A DNA stretch of 64,000 nt. Origin: Eledone cirrhosa (lineage: Eukaryota). Location of the stretch: NCBI GenBank assembly GCA_964016885.1, contig OZ024741.1:100812001-100876000 (forward strand), given 5' to 3'. The translations under genes were made by a program, and so were the position numbers. Shown one piece after another: positions 32,586 to 45,214 of the stretch (position 1 is its first letter; the number at the start of each line of letters is the position of its first letter). The notes beneath the pieces were generated by a model, which saw nothing but the letters and a program-made list of their open reading frames with translations, made no database searches and was not told where the DNA came from.

Positions 32586-33985
32586 GCACACACACACACA
32601 TTGAAACATACATCTAGTATGCACCTTCACCTCCGGTATCCTAACACCCCACCCAGTAGAGACTGTAAATGTGGTTGCTGTTAGGAAGTGCATCCAGCCA
32701 TAGAATCCAAACCAGAAACAGTTCTTTATGAGCAAGACACGGTCATCTAATCTGGCTTATCTCACAATGGGACAACTTATTTAACCCATGCTAGTGTGGT
32801 TTTCCATGGATGTTAAACAGTGATGATGATATATACAAGGGGAAGCTGCAAAGTTACTCGCTTTTGGTAAAAGAAAATACAGGAGGATCTGTTAATTATG
32901 ATTTTATTTAACATATTCCCCTCTCAGATTCACACACTTATTGCAGCCGTCTTACCCCCCCCCCCCCCCCCCCCCGTAAAGATAACAGATCTACCCTTTT
33001 GTAATACTCTTAATGCCAGGAACTTTTCAGCACCTTGCAATATATAAATATACGCTCACAAACACACACACACACATATATATAATATCATTATCATCAT
33101 CATTTCTGTTTAGTATCAATTCTTCCATGTTTGCATGTTTTATATTGTAATACTGAGTTGAATTTCACCAGTGGTTCTGGGTCATAAGTACGCTCATACT
33201 ACAATACTGCTTAACCAATTCTATCAACTAAATTGATCTAGATATTTATGACTCAAACTCTAACAACAACAAGAATTAATAAGGAACAATAAACTACTTT
33301 CATGCTAAAGTGGAAGCCTCTACATGGTCACTCAACCAACAGAAATAACAGTAAAATCTCCCTCAAATCTCTCCCTGCCATCTTAATCACTTCCCCAAGA
33401 TGTGTCACAATAGGACAAAATCCAAGACCAGATGGTTGTGAAGCAACCATGCCTACACCTATACACTAGGTTTTAAAAAAATGTAAGAATAAATAGTCAG
33501 TTGCTAGAATGTCTTTGGTTATAAGTCTGCTCAATCAGAGCTAACCTGTGGTTAAACAAAAACAACAACAAAAACAATTTTCACAACAATTTGTTCATTA
33601 GAAATTTTATAAACATTTGAAGTCGTTTTTAGATATCTTTTGCCAAATCATTACAGGTAGTCTCGAGTTAAAGTCCTAAATCTTAGGATAGCATAATTAA
33701 AGAATAAAGATTAGAGGATTATAACTGGAAACAGTAAATGATCAGTAAATGATGAGCAGCCATCATGTAAAGGATTTGAACAAACAAAGTATATGCATTT
33801 AAAATATTGAAAAGGAGAAAGTAAACATATATACAAATGACAAAAAACAACAAGTCATCTTCTCTGTTAAAGCAGAGGTTAGTTGTACAGGCCCGATACA
33901 AAATGTCTTCATTTTCCCATATGTGTGTATATGCTTATATATATATATATATTTAAAAAATAGAGGTGTGACGCACGAGTTGTGA

Positions 33986-34713
33986 TATATTAGTAAAAAG
34001 GAAAAGAAAATGCTGACAAATTTTTCCCAGTGGAAAATAGTTTAATTAGGAATAAGTATAAATTAGTAATAAGTATTAGTTAGTATTCAGTTTTAGTTTT
34101 AAGTTTTTACTGGTTGCGCATTTCTAATGCTTTTCAAAAATAATTTTGAGATAGAGGGCTCATGATTTTTGCTGTAATCTGATCAGTTTGGGAAATTCTT
34201 CCTGTTTTATGTGAAAAAAGTGGCTTCAGAGGTATTAAGATTTGGTTGGTTGTTGAGTGTCACGTGAATAAGCACTATCAATTTCGCACTATAAATTGAT
34301 TTTAGCGAGAACTGGACCAGTTTGCACTAAAATCAATTTAAACATTCACGTGACATCTACCGACGAATCAAAATTGTTTTGACTACAAGAATTTTTGCAA
34401 CACGAATTGGCGCAAAATTTATAGTGCTTATTCACGTGACACTCAACAACCAACCAAATCTTAATACCTCTGAAGCCACTTTTTTCACATAAAACAGTAA
34501 GAATTTCCCAAACTGATCAGATTACAGCAAAAATCATGAGCCCTCTATCTCAAAATTATTTTTGAAAAGCATTAGAAATGCGCAACCAGTAAAAACTTAA
34601 AACTAAAACTGAATACTAACTAATACTTATTACTAATTTATAGTTATTCCTAATTAAACTATTTTCCACTGGGAAAAATTTGTCAGCATTTTCTTTTCCT
34701 TTTTACTAATATA
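33986..34713. repeat. Fold-back element, 293-bp nearly identical arms, ~142-bp loop
   Basis: 33986-34278 vs 34421-34713, with (TA)n on both sides. Confidence 0.95.
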
Positions 34714-34810
34714 ATATATATATATATATATATATATTAAGTATATATGTATATTGCTATGTCAGAGCACCAATACATTTTAATTTATGCTAGGCCGGCT
34801 ACCACTCCAT

Positions 34811-34972
34811 ATGCAAATGAGTTTCATCAGCTCATAAACATAAGCAGAATTCTATAAGAATCTAGCTTACTTTAGCTTCAGCAAAGGTAGGAAGATATAT
34901 AATCTTGATAAACATTAATAAGTGAGAAACTATTGCATCATTGGTTACTTCCTCCTGCTTTTGCTGAAGCTA
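34811..34972 (+). other. Degenerate octamer-TATA-stem-hammerhead module
   Basis: ATGCAAAT at 34811, TATAAG at 34853, then stem tagcttcagcaaa / tttgctgaagcta enclosing TTGATAA...GAAA. Confidence 0.45.
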
Positions 34973-35076
34973 GGTATGTGACGATCATCACAACCTAAAA
35001 ATTCATTTATATATATATATATATGTATATATATAAACATATACACACATAACACACATATACATTTAATACTCAC

Positions 35077-35196
35077 AGGACTAGATTGGGTTGGTAAACC
35101 AGTGGATGCATTGAACACCATACTGGTACTTTTATTGAGGTTTTTGTGGAAATTGGTGATGTCTTCGATGGAAGGGACATCCTTTTTTATAGACTT
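35077..35196 (-). CDS. ATOSA: Atos/FAM214A homolog, exon 4
   Basis: KSIKKDVPSIEDITNFHKNLNKSTSMVFNASTGLPTQSSP, with the conserved TGLP..SSP motif; 120 nt; cag| and |gtgag. Confidence 0.9.
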
Positions 35197-35399
35197 CTGC
35201 AACAGAAACAAATGGAGACATAATTCTCAGTTGCTGATCAATTTTTATATGAACCCTCTCAACAATACCAATATTTGAAAATAAATATGGTAATTATTTT
35301 ATATTTTGACTTTAAAAAAACCTAATCAATAATCATGGCTTATTTATTTAAATTCTACTATTAGAGAATATTAAACCTTTTAATTACCAAATTCCCAAT

Positions 35400-35920
35400 G
35401 AAAGATACTGACTATGATTTTCAAATAATTAAGAATTTGGAAAGATATAGACTTTGGCACTATTTGTTCCAATGTAGAAACTATCAGTCTGAGAGAGAGG
35501 CCATGCTGAAACCAATCTTCAAAAACCTACCAAGATTGGAAGTTCAATATTTGATTACAGATCTACCAAATATAAACAAAATCTTTGAGTAGATGGAAGC
35601 TACAAAAAGATCTCAAGAGAAACTTCTAGCTGTTTTACAGCTTCCCTTGTTGTTTCCTGTTTTCTTTTGTGTTTTCTTAGGCATAATCTGCCTCCCATTG
35701 GCTTTCAATATTTCAAATGATATTTTTGTTATTTTTCCAGCTTTTTCTCTTTTTTATTTTTTATTTTATTTTTTATATTTATTTATTATTTTTTTTTATT
35801 ACTGTCTCACTAGGTCTTTTTGATTACCAACTGTAGGGAGTACTCGATACTTCCCTTAGTCTGTCATGGCTTACTAGCTCTATACAACGTTTAAATTGAA
35901 TAAATAAATAAATAAATAAA
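35400..35920 (+). mobile_element. Possible degenerate LINE 3' end
   Basis: HYLFQC..Y..ER...IFE.MEATKR resembles LINE ORF2 C-termini, followed by a T-rich UTR and a (TAAA)n tail. Confidence 0.4.
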
Positions 35921-36528
35921 ATAGTAATTTAACTAGCTTTTCCATTAATAAGCTGATGTTTGGAACATAACCTAAAAGCTTTTAGATAAACCTGATACTA
36001 CAATAAAATGCACACAGTACTCTGTAAGGAGGCAATGCAAGTGCCATGATAAAATGAATCCAGTACACCATGTAAGGTAATGGGGTGTTGAGAAGGGTAT
36101 CTAGTCATAGAAACCATGCCAAATATGGAATGTATGAGCAAGATAAAGTCTCTCTGGCCTGCCTAGTCTTGGACTATGACAACTCATCCAACCCGTGCCA
36201 GAATATAAAACAATAATGAGGAAGTGGAAGAGAAGGAAGAGGATGACAATGATGATAAACACTTTGAAATTGAAAGTTTAGTGTTGTAGAACCAGGAGCA
36301 GTTCCAGGCAGATTGAATGAATGACTGAAATCAGTTAAAGGATATGTCATACAAGAGAAGAACTATTGATCTATTAAACATGTTGATATAAGTGAGCTAT
36401 TGTAACTGGTAGAAGTATTGACTTATCCAATCATATAAGTACATATGACATATAAACTCACTCTGTTACTTAGAGTGCTCTAAACCTACATGTTCTGCAG
36501 AGTTGGGAGTGACTTATGCTTTACTCAT

Positions 36529-36998
36529 AGTTAATATAAAGAATGGTGTATTCATGCACAGAAATACTATAAAGATAGCTTATAAAATAAGGTGAAGACC
36601 CTTAAAGATGGAAAAAGAAGTTGCTATCAGCTGCTGCGAGAAATCAAACCTTGTATCCCCTAGATACTGGCTAGGCACTTTGAACCATTAAGCTAAGGGA
36701 TCATGAGAACTCTTACCATCTTAAATTAGATCACTGATTCAGAGCTTTTAAATTTCAACAAAGATCATGTGTACATAGCCGATCTCTCGGACTTTTACAA
36801 AGTGCTGAGGGGATAAAGTTAATATAAAGAGTGGTGTGCTCATGCACAGAAATGCTATAAAATAGCTTATAAAATAGGGTGAAAACCCTTAAAGACAGAA
36901 AAAGAAGTTGTCATTGTCTACTACGAAAAATTGAACCCCATATCACTCATATACTAACCAGACATTTTGAACCAAGGGACCGTGACAACTCTTACCAT
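36529..36998 (-). repeat. Diverged direct duplication (288-bp period) containing a tRNA-like segment
   Basis: 36529-36719 resembles 36817-36998. The minus strand has tagcttaatggttcaaagtg cctag-ccagtat-ctagg. Confidence 0.65.
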
Positions 36999-39775
36999 TA
37001 TCGTAAAATCAATCTAAAGCATTTATTATTTATACAACTCACAAACCTTCTCAATGACTCACCTTGCAGTTCAGAATTCTCTAGATTTAGAAAATTATAA
37101 TCATCTATACATATTTTTTTCATACTGGTAACATAGGTTGTTAAGATCTTTATAATTCTTCCTAAAAGATTTTACTTAGCAACATTTTACTCAGTTAGTA
37201 TATTCTATTTAGAAACATTGCATGCAATAAATCATCCCTATCATCATCATTATTATCATCACTATTTAATGTCTGTTTTCTATGCTTGCATGGATTAAAC
37301 AACTGCCATGCGTTGAGGTCAAACTGGTCAGGTGACTAGGTCCTGCTCATAGGCTTTGTTGAGGCATGATTTCTATACCTAATGCCAACCACTTTACAAT
37401 GAAACGAGAGCATGGTTTCTATGGCCGGATGATCTTTCTAACATTAACGACTTTACAGCGTGTACTGGGAGTATGGCTTCTGTGGCTAGATGCCCTCCCA
37501 AATACAAACCATTTTGCAGTGTGTACTAGGAGTATGATTTCTACAGCTGGATGCCCTTTCTAACACCAACCACATCACTTTACAGCATGTGCTAGGTAGG
37601 AGCATGGTTTCTATGGCTGGGTGCCCTTCATAATACCAAGCACTTTACAGCATGTACTTGGAACATTTTATTATCATTCCGGCCCTACTACCTTACAGGG
37701 TAAACAGGGTACTTTTCATCAAAGCACCAGTACTATTACCTTGCAGGGTGGGCTGGGTGCTTTTGTTGTGGCACCGGCAATACCTCATTACAGCACTAAT
37801 GTGGTCAGTGTCCTTGGTTTTGCTGTGGAGGTATTAATAAGACTCAAAGATAAATATTAACCTAGTGTATAGGGTGGCATATAAGATGGGTTGGTAGTTA
37901 CTAAGGCAAGAGATAGCTTACCATCAGTTATCATCTATGCTAATAACTTATACACCTGAAGTATAAGACAATCCCATACTTGGTGGTGGAGGACATTTTT
38001 AAGGTTAACTAGTCTTCTTATAATTCAACATACACATCATCATTATCATCATCATCATCATCATCATCACCATTTAATGTTTAGTTTTCAAGCTGTCATG
38101 GGTTAACAGGCTAACCCCTTATGTGGTTTGACCAGTCAGGTGACCATGCTGAGCTCATATGTTTCCTTTTTGGCATGGTTTGCATGGCTGAATGCCCTTC
38201 CTAACACCAACAACTTTACAGCATATACTGGGAGCATTTAATCATGGCACCAGCAGCTCTTATATAAACATAGGTGTTCTTTCACCACCTCCACCAGTAA
38301 CACCACCATTATCACCATCACCACCACCACTACTACTACTACCACTTACACAATGATGTGTCCATATTAACCCTTTAGTTAACAATCCAACTCTGGTTCC
38401 ATGAAATAAAACCACTCATTTTAAAGGTTTCTAATTTAAATTAAAATCTCCCAACAATTTTATATAAGAACCTTACATTAAGTTAATATCTTGATAATGA
38501 AATAATTAATAATTTTAGTAAATCCCTCAAAATTCTTCATAAATTAATTAAAATAGAGTGTATTTCATTAGAAATGCAGTCATGAAAGGGTTAAATTTAA
38601 ACTTTCTATTATAATTTTATCTAAGAAAATATATTTTAAACACCAGCTTAAGAAAGAATAAGAAAAGTTCTTTAATGAAATATCTCAGAATTCTTGATTG
38701 TTTTTAATTATTTAAAAATCATATGAAGTGTTTTTCATTAAAAATATAGTAATGATAGGGTTAAATTAATATATACTAACTGGTGTTTTGATATATTATT
38801 TTACAGGAACTCTTACTCAGTCGTACATTAATTAGAGCCCACCCCACCCTTCGTCAGTAGCTGGAGATGTGGAAATACCAAGTTATTTTGATGATTTTGA
38901 TGATTTTGTTGTCTTAAAATAGAGAAACGGGTGAGGGGGTAGCACCAAGATGATGTGAATCATGTGAGAATTTATTAAAGAGTTAGATTGAGGTGTAGAG
39001 GGTTAAGAAGGACAAAGAGAGAGAAGAAGGACACAGAGAGAAAAATGACTAAACTGGAGCTATTCCAAGACATATTTCTAATTCAACTTCACTTACGAGA
39101 GAAAAAAAAATGAAAACTTGGCAATGTAAAATATTCCATCTCCACATACATTCTTGATGATGTAGAACACAGTGAATATCATCTTTTAAGGTCAAACTAT
39201 TTACATCAATGATATATTGTTCTTTTCCCTACCTGCGTAATTTGAATTGATTAAAATTTCTTGGTTTACTACACTGTGTATGTTAGCACTCACTTAACTA
39301 TTTGTTTTTAATGCAGAAGGCCCCCTGTGTATTCTTTCTTCAGTCATTATTTTAAGATATCCCATCACTTAATATTCATTCAAAAAATTCTTATATCTTA
39401 TCTAGTTCTTCTAAAATCTGGCAGTAATGGTTTGACTCTGCTACACTGATGATGTCTAACAACATTGAAATATATTCACAATTGTCACTGTAATACCTCA
39501 CATCTGACTTACTATCTGAAGTAGTCTTTTGTTTTATTAATTTTATTTTGAATCCTGATGCTGTTTTTTGACAATTAGCTTTTTCCTCTCCCCCCTCAAC
39601 ACTCCATTACCATATTTCTAATGGAATACACTGTATTGGAATTAATTAATGAAGAGTTGAAAGTTATGTACTAAAATTATTAATTATCTAATTATTAAGA
39701 TTTCTTTAACATATATCAAATTATGATGGAAGATTCAAATTTAAACAGGAAACCTTTTAAATGGGTAGTTTTGGG

Positions 39776-40779
39776 CAGTGTGGAATGGCTGCATTTTATC
39801 ATGGCATCAGCACTACCACTTTACAGTGTGGAATGGCTGCATTTTATCATGGCATCAGCACTACCACTTTACAGTGTGGAATGGCTGCATTTTATCATGG
39901 CATCAGCACTACCACTTTACAGTGTGGAATGGCTGCATTTTATCATGGCATCAGCACTACCACTTTACAGTGTGGAATGGCTGCATTTTATCATGGCATC
40001 AGCACTACCACTTTACAGTGTGGAATGGCTGCATTTTATCATGGCATCAGCACTACCACTTTACAGTGTGGAATGGCTGCATTTTATCATGACACCAGCT
40101 CTACAGCTTTACAGTGTGGAATGGCTGCATTTTATCATGACACCAGCTCTACAACTTTACAGTGTGGAATGGCTGCATTTTATCATGACACCAGCTCTAC
40201 AACTTTACAGTGTGGGATGGGTGCATTTTATCATGACACCAGCTCTACAACTTTACAGTGTGGGATGGGTGCATTTTATCATGACACCAGCTCTACAACT
40301 TTACAGTGTGGAATGGCTGCATTTTATCATGACACCAGCTCTACAACTTTACGGTGTGGGATGGGTGCATTTTATCATGACACCAGCTCTACAACTTTAC
40401 AGTGTGGAATGGCTGCATTTTATCATGACACCAGCTCTACAGCTTTACAGTGTGGAATGGCTGCATTTTATCATGACACCAGCTCTACAACTTTACAGTG
40501 TGGGATGGGTGCATTTTATCATGACACCAGCTCTACAACTTTACAGTGTGGGATGGGTGCATTTTATCATGACACCAGCTCTACAACTTTACAGTGTGGG
40601 ATGGGTGCATTTTATCATGACATCAGCTCTACAACTTTACAGTGTGGGATGGGTGCATTTTATCATGACACCAGCTCTACAGCTTTACAGTGTGGATTGA
40701 GTGCATTTTATTGTGGCATCAGCACTACCACTTTACAGTGTGGATTGAGTGCATTTAATTGTGGCATCAGCACTACCAT
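39776..40779. repeat. 48-bp minisatellite, ~21 units
   Basis: cagtgtggaatggctgcattttatcatg(gcatcagcactacca/acaccagctctacaa)cttta. Confidence 0.97.
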
Positions 40780-43700
40780 CAGTGTTAGGGAGCTTATCAG
40801 TAATTATCTTGTCCCAAGAAGGGTGGCAAGTATGAAGTCATGGGTGTATGTCAATAGGTGTAAGGGTGAGCATAAGGAAGGATGACAAGTGTGATGGGAT
40901 TTGGTAGAGAGACATGAGGAAGACAAAGGGTGGGAGCAGTGGTGAAGAAAATCGTTACTAAACTAGATAGGATAAGCGTGGTAGGATTTAACAGTAAGGG
41001 ATGGCATAATCTCAGACAAAGTTGGGAGTGGGCACTTACTAAAGAACAATGGTGTTGTAGAAGGTAAAGTATGAAGGAGTCAGAAGATGTTTTAGATGAA
41101 AGAAGGGAAGGGGCTAATGAAAAGCAGAAATAGAAGGACACTTTCTTTTATAGGCAGGTCTTCTTCACTACTACATGTCAACAGTCATAGTGGTCCTTCA
41201 TCATCTCCTATATTGATCATACTACGATATGTAATAAAATATCAGCTTTTATTGGAAGGGGGTGTGCAAACTATGAAAACCACCTGGGCAAGCTTCATCC
41301 TAACCAGTTGGTAAAAATCATGGAAAAACTCTGGTCACAAAAATATAGAACATACTGGAATTAACTTTTTTCTCAAATTGGTAATATATCCATTTATTAG
41401 GGTTTTTTTTAAAATATGTACCACAAAAAATAGAAATAAAAAGACATGATGGCAAAAGTTTTGCCACAAAGAACAGCCAACAATATCTGCTACATCAGCC
41501 ATTCCATTTCATGGGACTCCTTTCTTGGGTCCTGTCACTTTATCCCAATTTGGTAAAAGAAAATGACAGCATGAAACAGAATTTGTCATTAACAATCAGG
41601 GTATCTCCAGTTCTTTCAGTTTTTAAAAGTAAAGTTTAAAATATGTATTTCTCATTGATTAAGAAATATTTTCTAAAAATTAAATAATCTATGGAATACT
41701 CTGTAGAGTACTCTTGAACCACATTAACCCTTTCGATACCAAATCGCCTGAAACTGCCACAAGCTCTATGATGCAAACCTGTATTTTCATGGTAAAGTCT
41801 TTACCTCACACAATTTATCTCACATAACATCGAATCTATGAGATTTTGATATTATTTATGTTGAGAAGAATACCTTAATGTCAGTATGAGTGGCCGATTA
41901 CAGCCAGTTTGAACAGAAAGAGGTGAGAGAATTCTGGCCACGCTTACAGCCGGTTTAAATGCTAAAGGGTTTTAAAAAAACCTTCCATCATAATTTTATC
42001 TAAGAACCTTTATTAAGTTATGCTCTCAACACTGGCTTAATAATAAGAAAGTTAATTATGTATGTTACTAAACTCTTTCATATTCTCAATTATTTTTTTA
42101 ATTATTTAAAAATCATAGGCAGTGTCTTTCATTAGAAAGAAATATAGGAATGAAAGGGCCGGTAGCTGTATGTACAATGTAAATGTTCATCATCATCATC
42201 AACATCATAATTATTATCATTTTCAGTAAACAGAAACAAACAACATCACCACCACAAATGATTATTTTTTTATACAAAACCTCTTATTTTAAAGTGCTTA
42301 TTAGAAAAAACAGCAATCATAATTTTATGTAAAAACCTTTGTTAAGTTATGTTCCAAACACTAAGTTAATAATGTCAAAATTAGTTATTTTATTTAATCC
42401 TTCCAAATTTTTGGTTATTTTTTAAAATTATTTGAAATATACTCAAGTCCATCTCATTACATCTTGAGTTCAAATCTTATCAAAGTTCACTTGGATTTTC
42501 ATTTCTCATTGTTATTTTTATGTCAGCTTTTCCATGCTGGCCTGGGTTGGACAAATCCATTTCAACATAGCATCTTTCCCCTTATCCCAATTTTGTTGTC
42601 ATCTCCCTTGTGAAGCCCAGTATCATGAGGTGAAACACCACCACTTCTCTCCAAGTTTTTTATGTAGTCTTTTGGGGGTCCTTCCTTTTCTTTCACAAGC
42701 TTCTACTTCTTTCGATGTGCACTGTTTCACACTTTTTTCACCCAACTATCATTCTTCATGTAGACACTACGGTAGTCTTCTCTCTGTAAACTATGGTTAA
42801 TATCTTTAATGCCCAGTATTTTATGTCAGTGCACTTGAGCTCCATCATTTTTGCATTATGTACTGGGGTTGATTCAATTCATTAAACTCCTTTCTCTACA
42901 AATTGCTGATCTTAAACCAATTTAAAAATTCATTATTGAGGAATGTTAATTTCTTCTTTATGAATCACAAGGATTATTCTAATAGTGACTAATAGTGGGT
43001 TGTGGAAGAACACTTAGTTAAATTAACCTTCCTCTCCAGTTCAATGGTCATAATTATTTTATCAATGTGCCAAAAATATAAAAAGCAAAGATCTTGAACA
43101 TCACATAAAGGGTATTCATATTTAACCCTTTTGATACCAAATCACCTTGGTTTTATGGTACAAGTGTTTATAGTTTTCTAAAACCTCCCATCATAATTCA
43201 GTATGATAACTTTTTTTCATTTATGCTCTAAACAAGAGCTTAACCTTTTAGCATTTACATTACTATTATATTTTCATGGTAAAGACTTTACCTCACATAA
43301 TATTGAATCTATGAGATTTTGATATTATTCATTTTGAGAACAATACCTTAACATAAGTATGAGTGGCCAGTTACAGCCAGTTTGAACAGAAAGGGGTGAT
43401 TGAATTCTGGTCAGATACGGCCAGTTTAAATGCTAATGGAGTTAATAATAAAAAAGTAAATTATATTATTACATTTTTTTCAAATTGTTTTATTATTCTC
43501 TAAATTATTTGAAAATCATAAGCAGTGTCTTTCATTAAAAATATGGTAATGAAAGGGTTAAGCTAGAATATGAAAACATTTAGTTCACTCAACTGTTTCT
43601 GCCAATCAGTTACACAAGACAATGTTCTTGATAGAATGTTAAAGGTGAAGAGATAAGATCTTGAATAAATATTTCATAATTATAAAGTCAATTTATAGCA

Positions 43701-44689
43701 TAGATATCCATATTACTGCTAAATTAATTATTTTTATGAATCAATTAACTGCTAAGATTTTCAAAATACAAAATGTTTTGTTTTGTTTCCGCATATCACA
43801 TTTTAATTATATTTAATTCAACATTTAAATATAATTCATTATTGGTGTTAAAGAGTAACTGTAGTAGAGCAATGGAAAGCAAAACAGGCATGAAATAGTG
43901 AGGTTGAATCATTTGTAAATGCTGATAAAATATGTACGAAAATGTGGTATTTTGTCTACTCATCCAACCCAACCCATACCTATATATTATGATGATAGTG
44001 ATAACAACAATGATGATATGTTGAAAATGAAAACAATGAAGTTGTTAATAAACTACGCCTTTCATTTTAAAATAAAATGGCCATATATTAATACAGAAAA
44101 CTAGAAGGAATAATTCCAGAAATTCCTCTAACTCCAATTGCCTCTGGAAGAGGATTTGACAGGATCTGGACAAACAAAATAATTCACTAAGAGATATTTA
44201 ACATTTTTACATATCTATGTTTTGTTCTCCAAGTGTGGTTTGATTAGTCCTGTAAAACACAAATATTTGTTGCAGCAAGTGTTTTACATCAACCATAAAG
44301 TAGAAGCCACCATTATTTCTCTATATTGGTGACAAAAGCAAATACATAGCGAGTGGAAAGAAACTCCCTATTTAAAATTGTTAATAACTTTATTAATTAT
44401 GGGTCAATTTTCATAAAACATGTTTTATTTTGAACAATATAATAATTGTTTCTACTTTTGGCACAAGGCCATCAATTATCCCAGTGTATTACTGGTACTT
44501 TATTTTATCGACCCCCAAAGGATGAAAGGCAAAGTTAACCTCGGCGGGATTTGAACTCAGACCATAAAGGGCTGTAACTCTTTGCTGCAAAGCATGGCGT
44601 CCGACCCTCTACCGATACTGCCAATCCACCGCCCTTTGAACTAATATAATAATAGAAGTACATCACAATGTTAAAATTCTACATAGGCA

Positions 44690-45060
44690 CCAGCATTGTC
44701 CACAGGTATTTGTAATCATCTGAGTATATCCTCAACTGACCTTAACAAGAACTCAGGAGGTATGTTGTTCAGTACATGACAAATAAGTTTCTCCAATTGA
44801 GTCAGAGCTTTTGGTTTTGAGCCATAAATTTCTTCCTTTGCTCACCTCCACAGGAAAAAGTTGCATAGCATTAAATCAGGGTTTCTTGCTGAACCTCGAC
44901 AACCTAGCCAGCAGCCTGGAAATTGGACATCAAGCCACTCACGGACAATGCATGCTAAATAAGGAGAGGCCCCATCTTGCAGGAATATGAGGTCATTGAT
45001 GTTGTCCCAAGTGGTCACAGTAGGCCAAATGTTATAAGTAATTTTCAATAGGTAGTTTCT
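44690..45060 (-). mobile_element. Tc1/mariner transposase remnant
   Basis: FLQDGASPY...VREWLD.QFPG.WLG...ARNPDL..CNFFLW. Confidence 0.8.
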
Positions 45061-45214
45061 TTCCACCCACCCTGTACAGTTCTTTTCTTTTCCAACTATA
45101 GAGCTAATTTTCAAAGTAAACATCAATGATGAGTTTTAAAAAAATGAATTAATTTGAAACACAAACTTGGAAGAAACCCTAGTAATCACAAAATATAAGA
45201 ATCATAATACAAAC

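Noticed and set aside
38780-38913. Possible extra exon or CTGACGA hammerhead on the minus strand
   Set aside because: Stops in all three frames, and no GAAA after the hairpin.
39447-39480. CTGATGA...GAAAtatatTC hammerhead-like string
   Set aside because: No stem I pairing.
39723-40885. 325- and 374-aa repetitive ORFs
   Set aside because: By-product of a 48-bp minisatellite, antisense within an intron.
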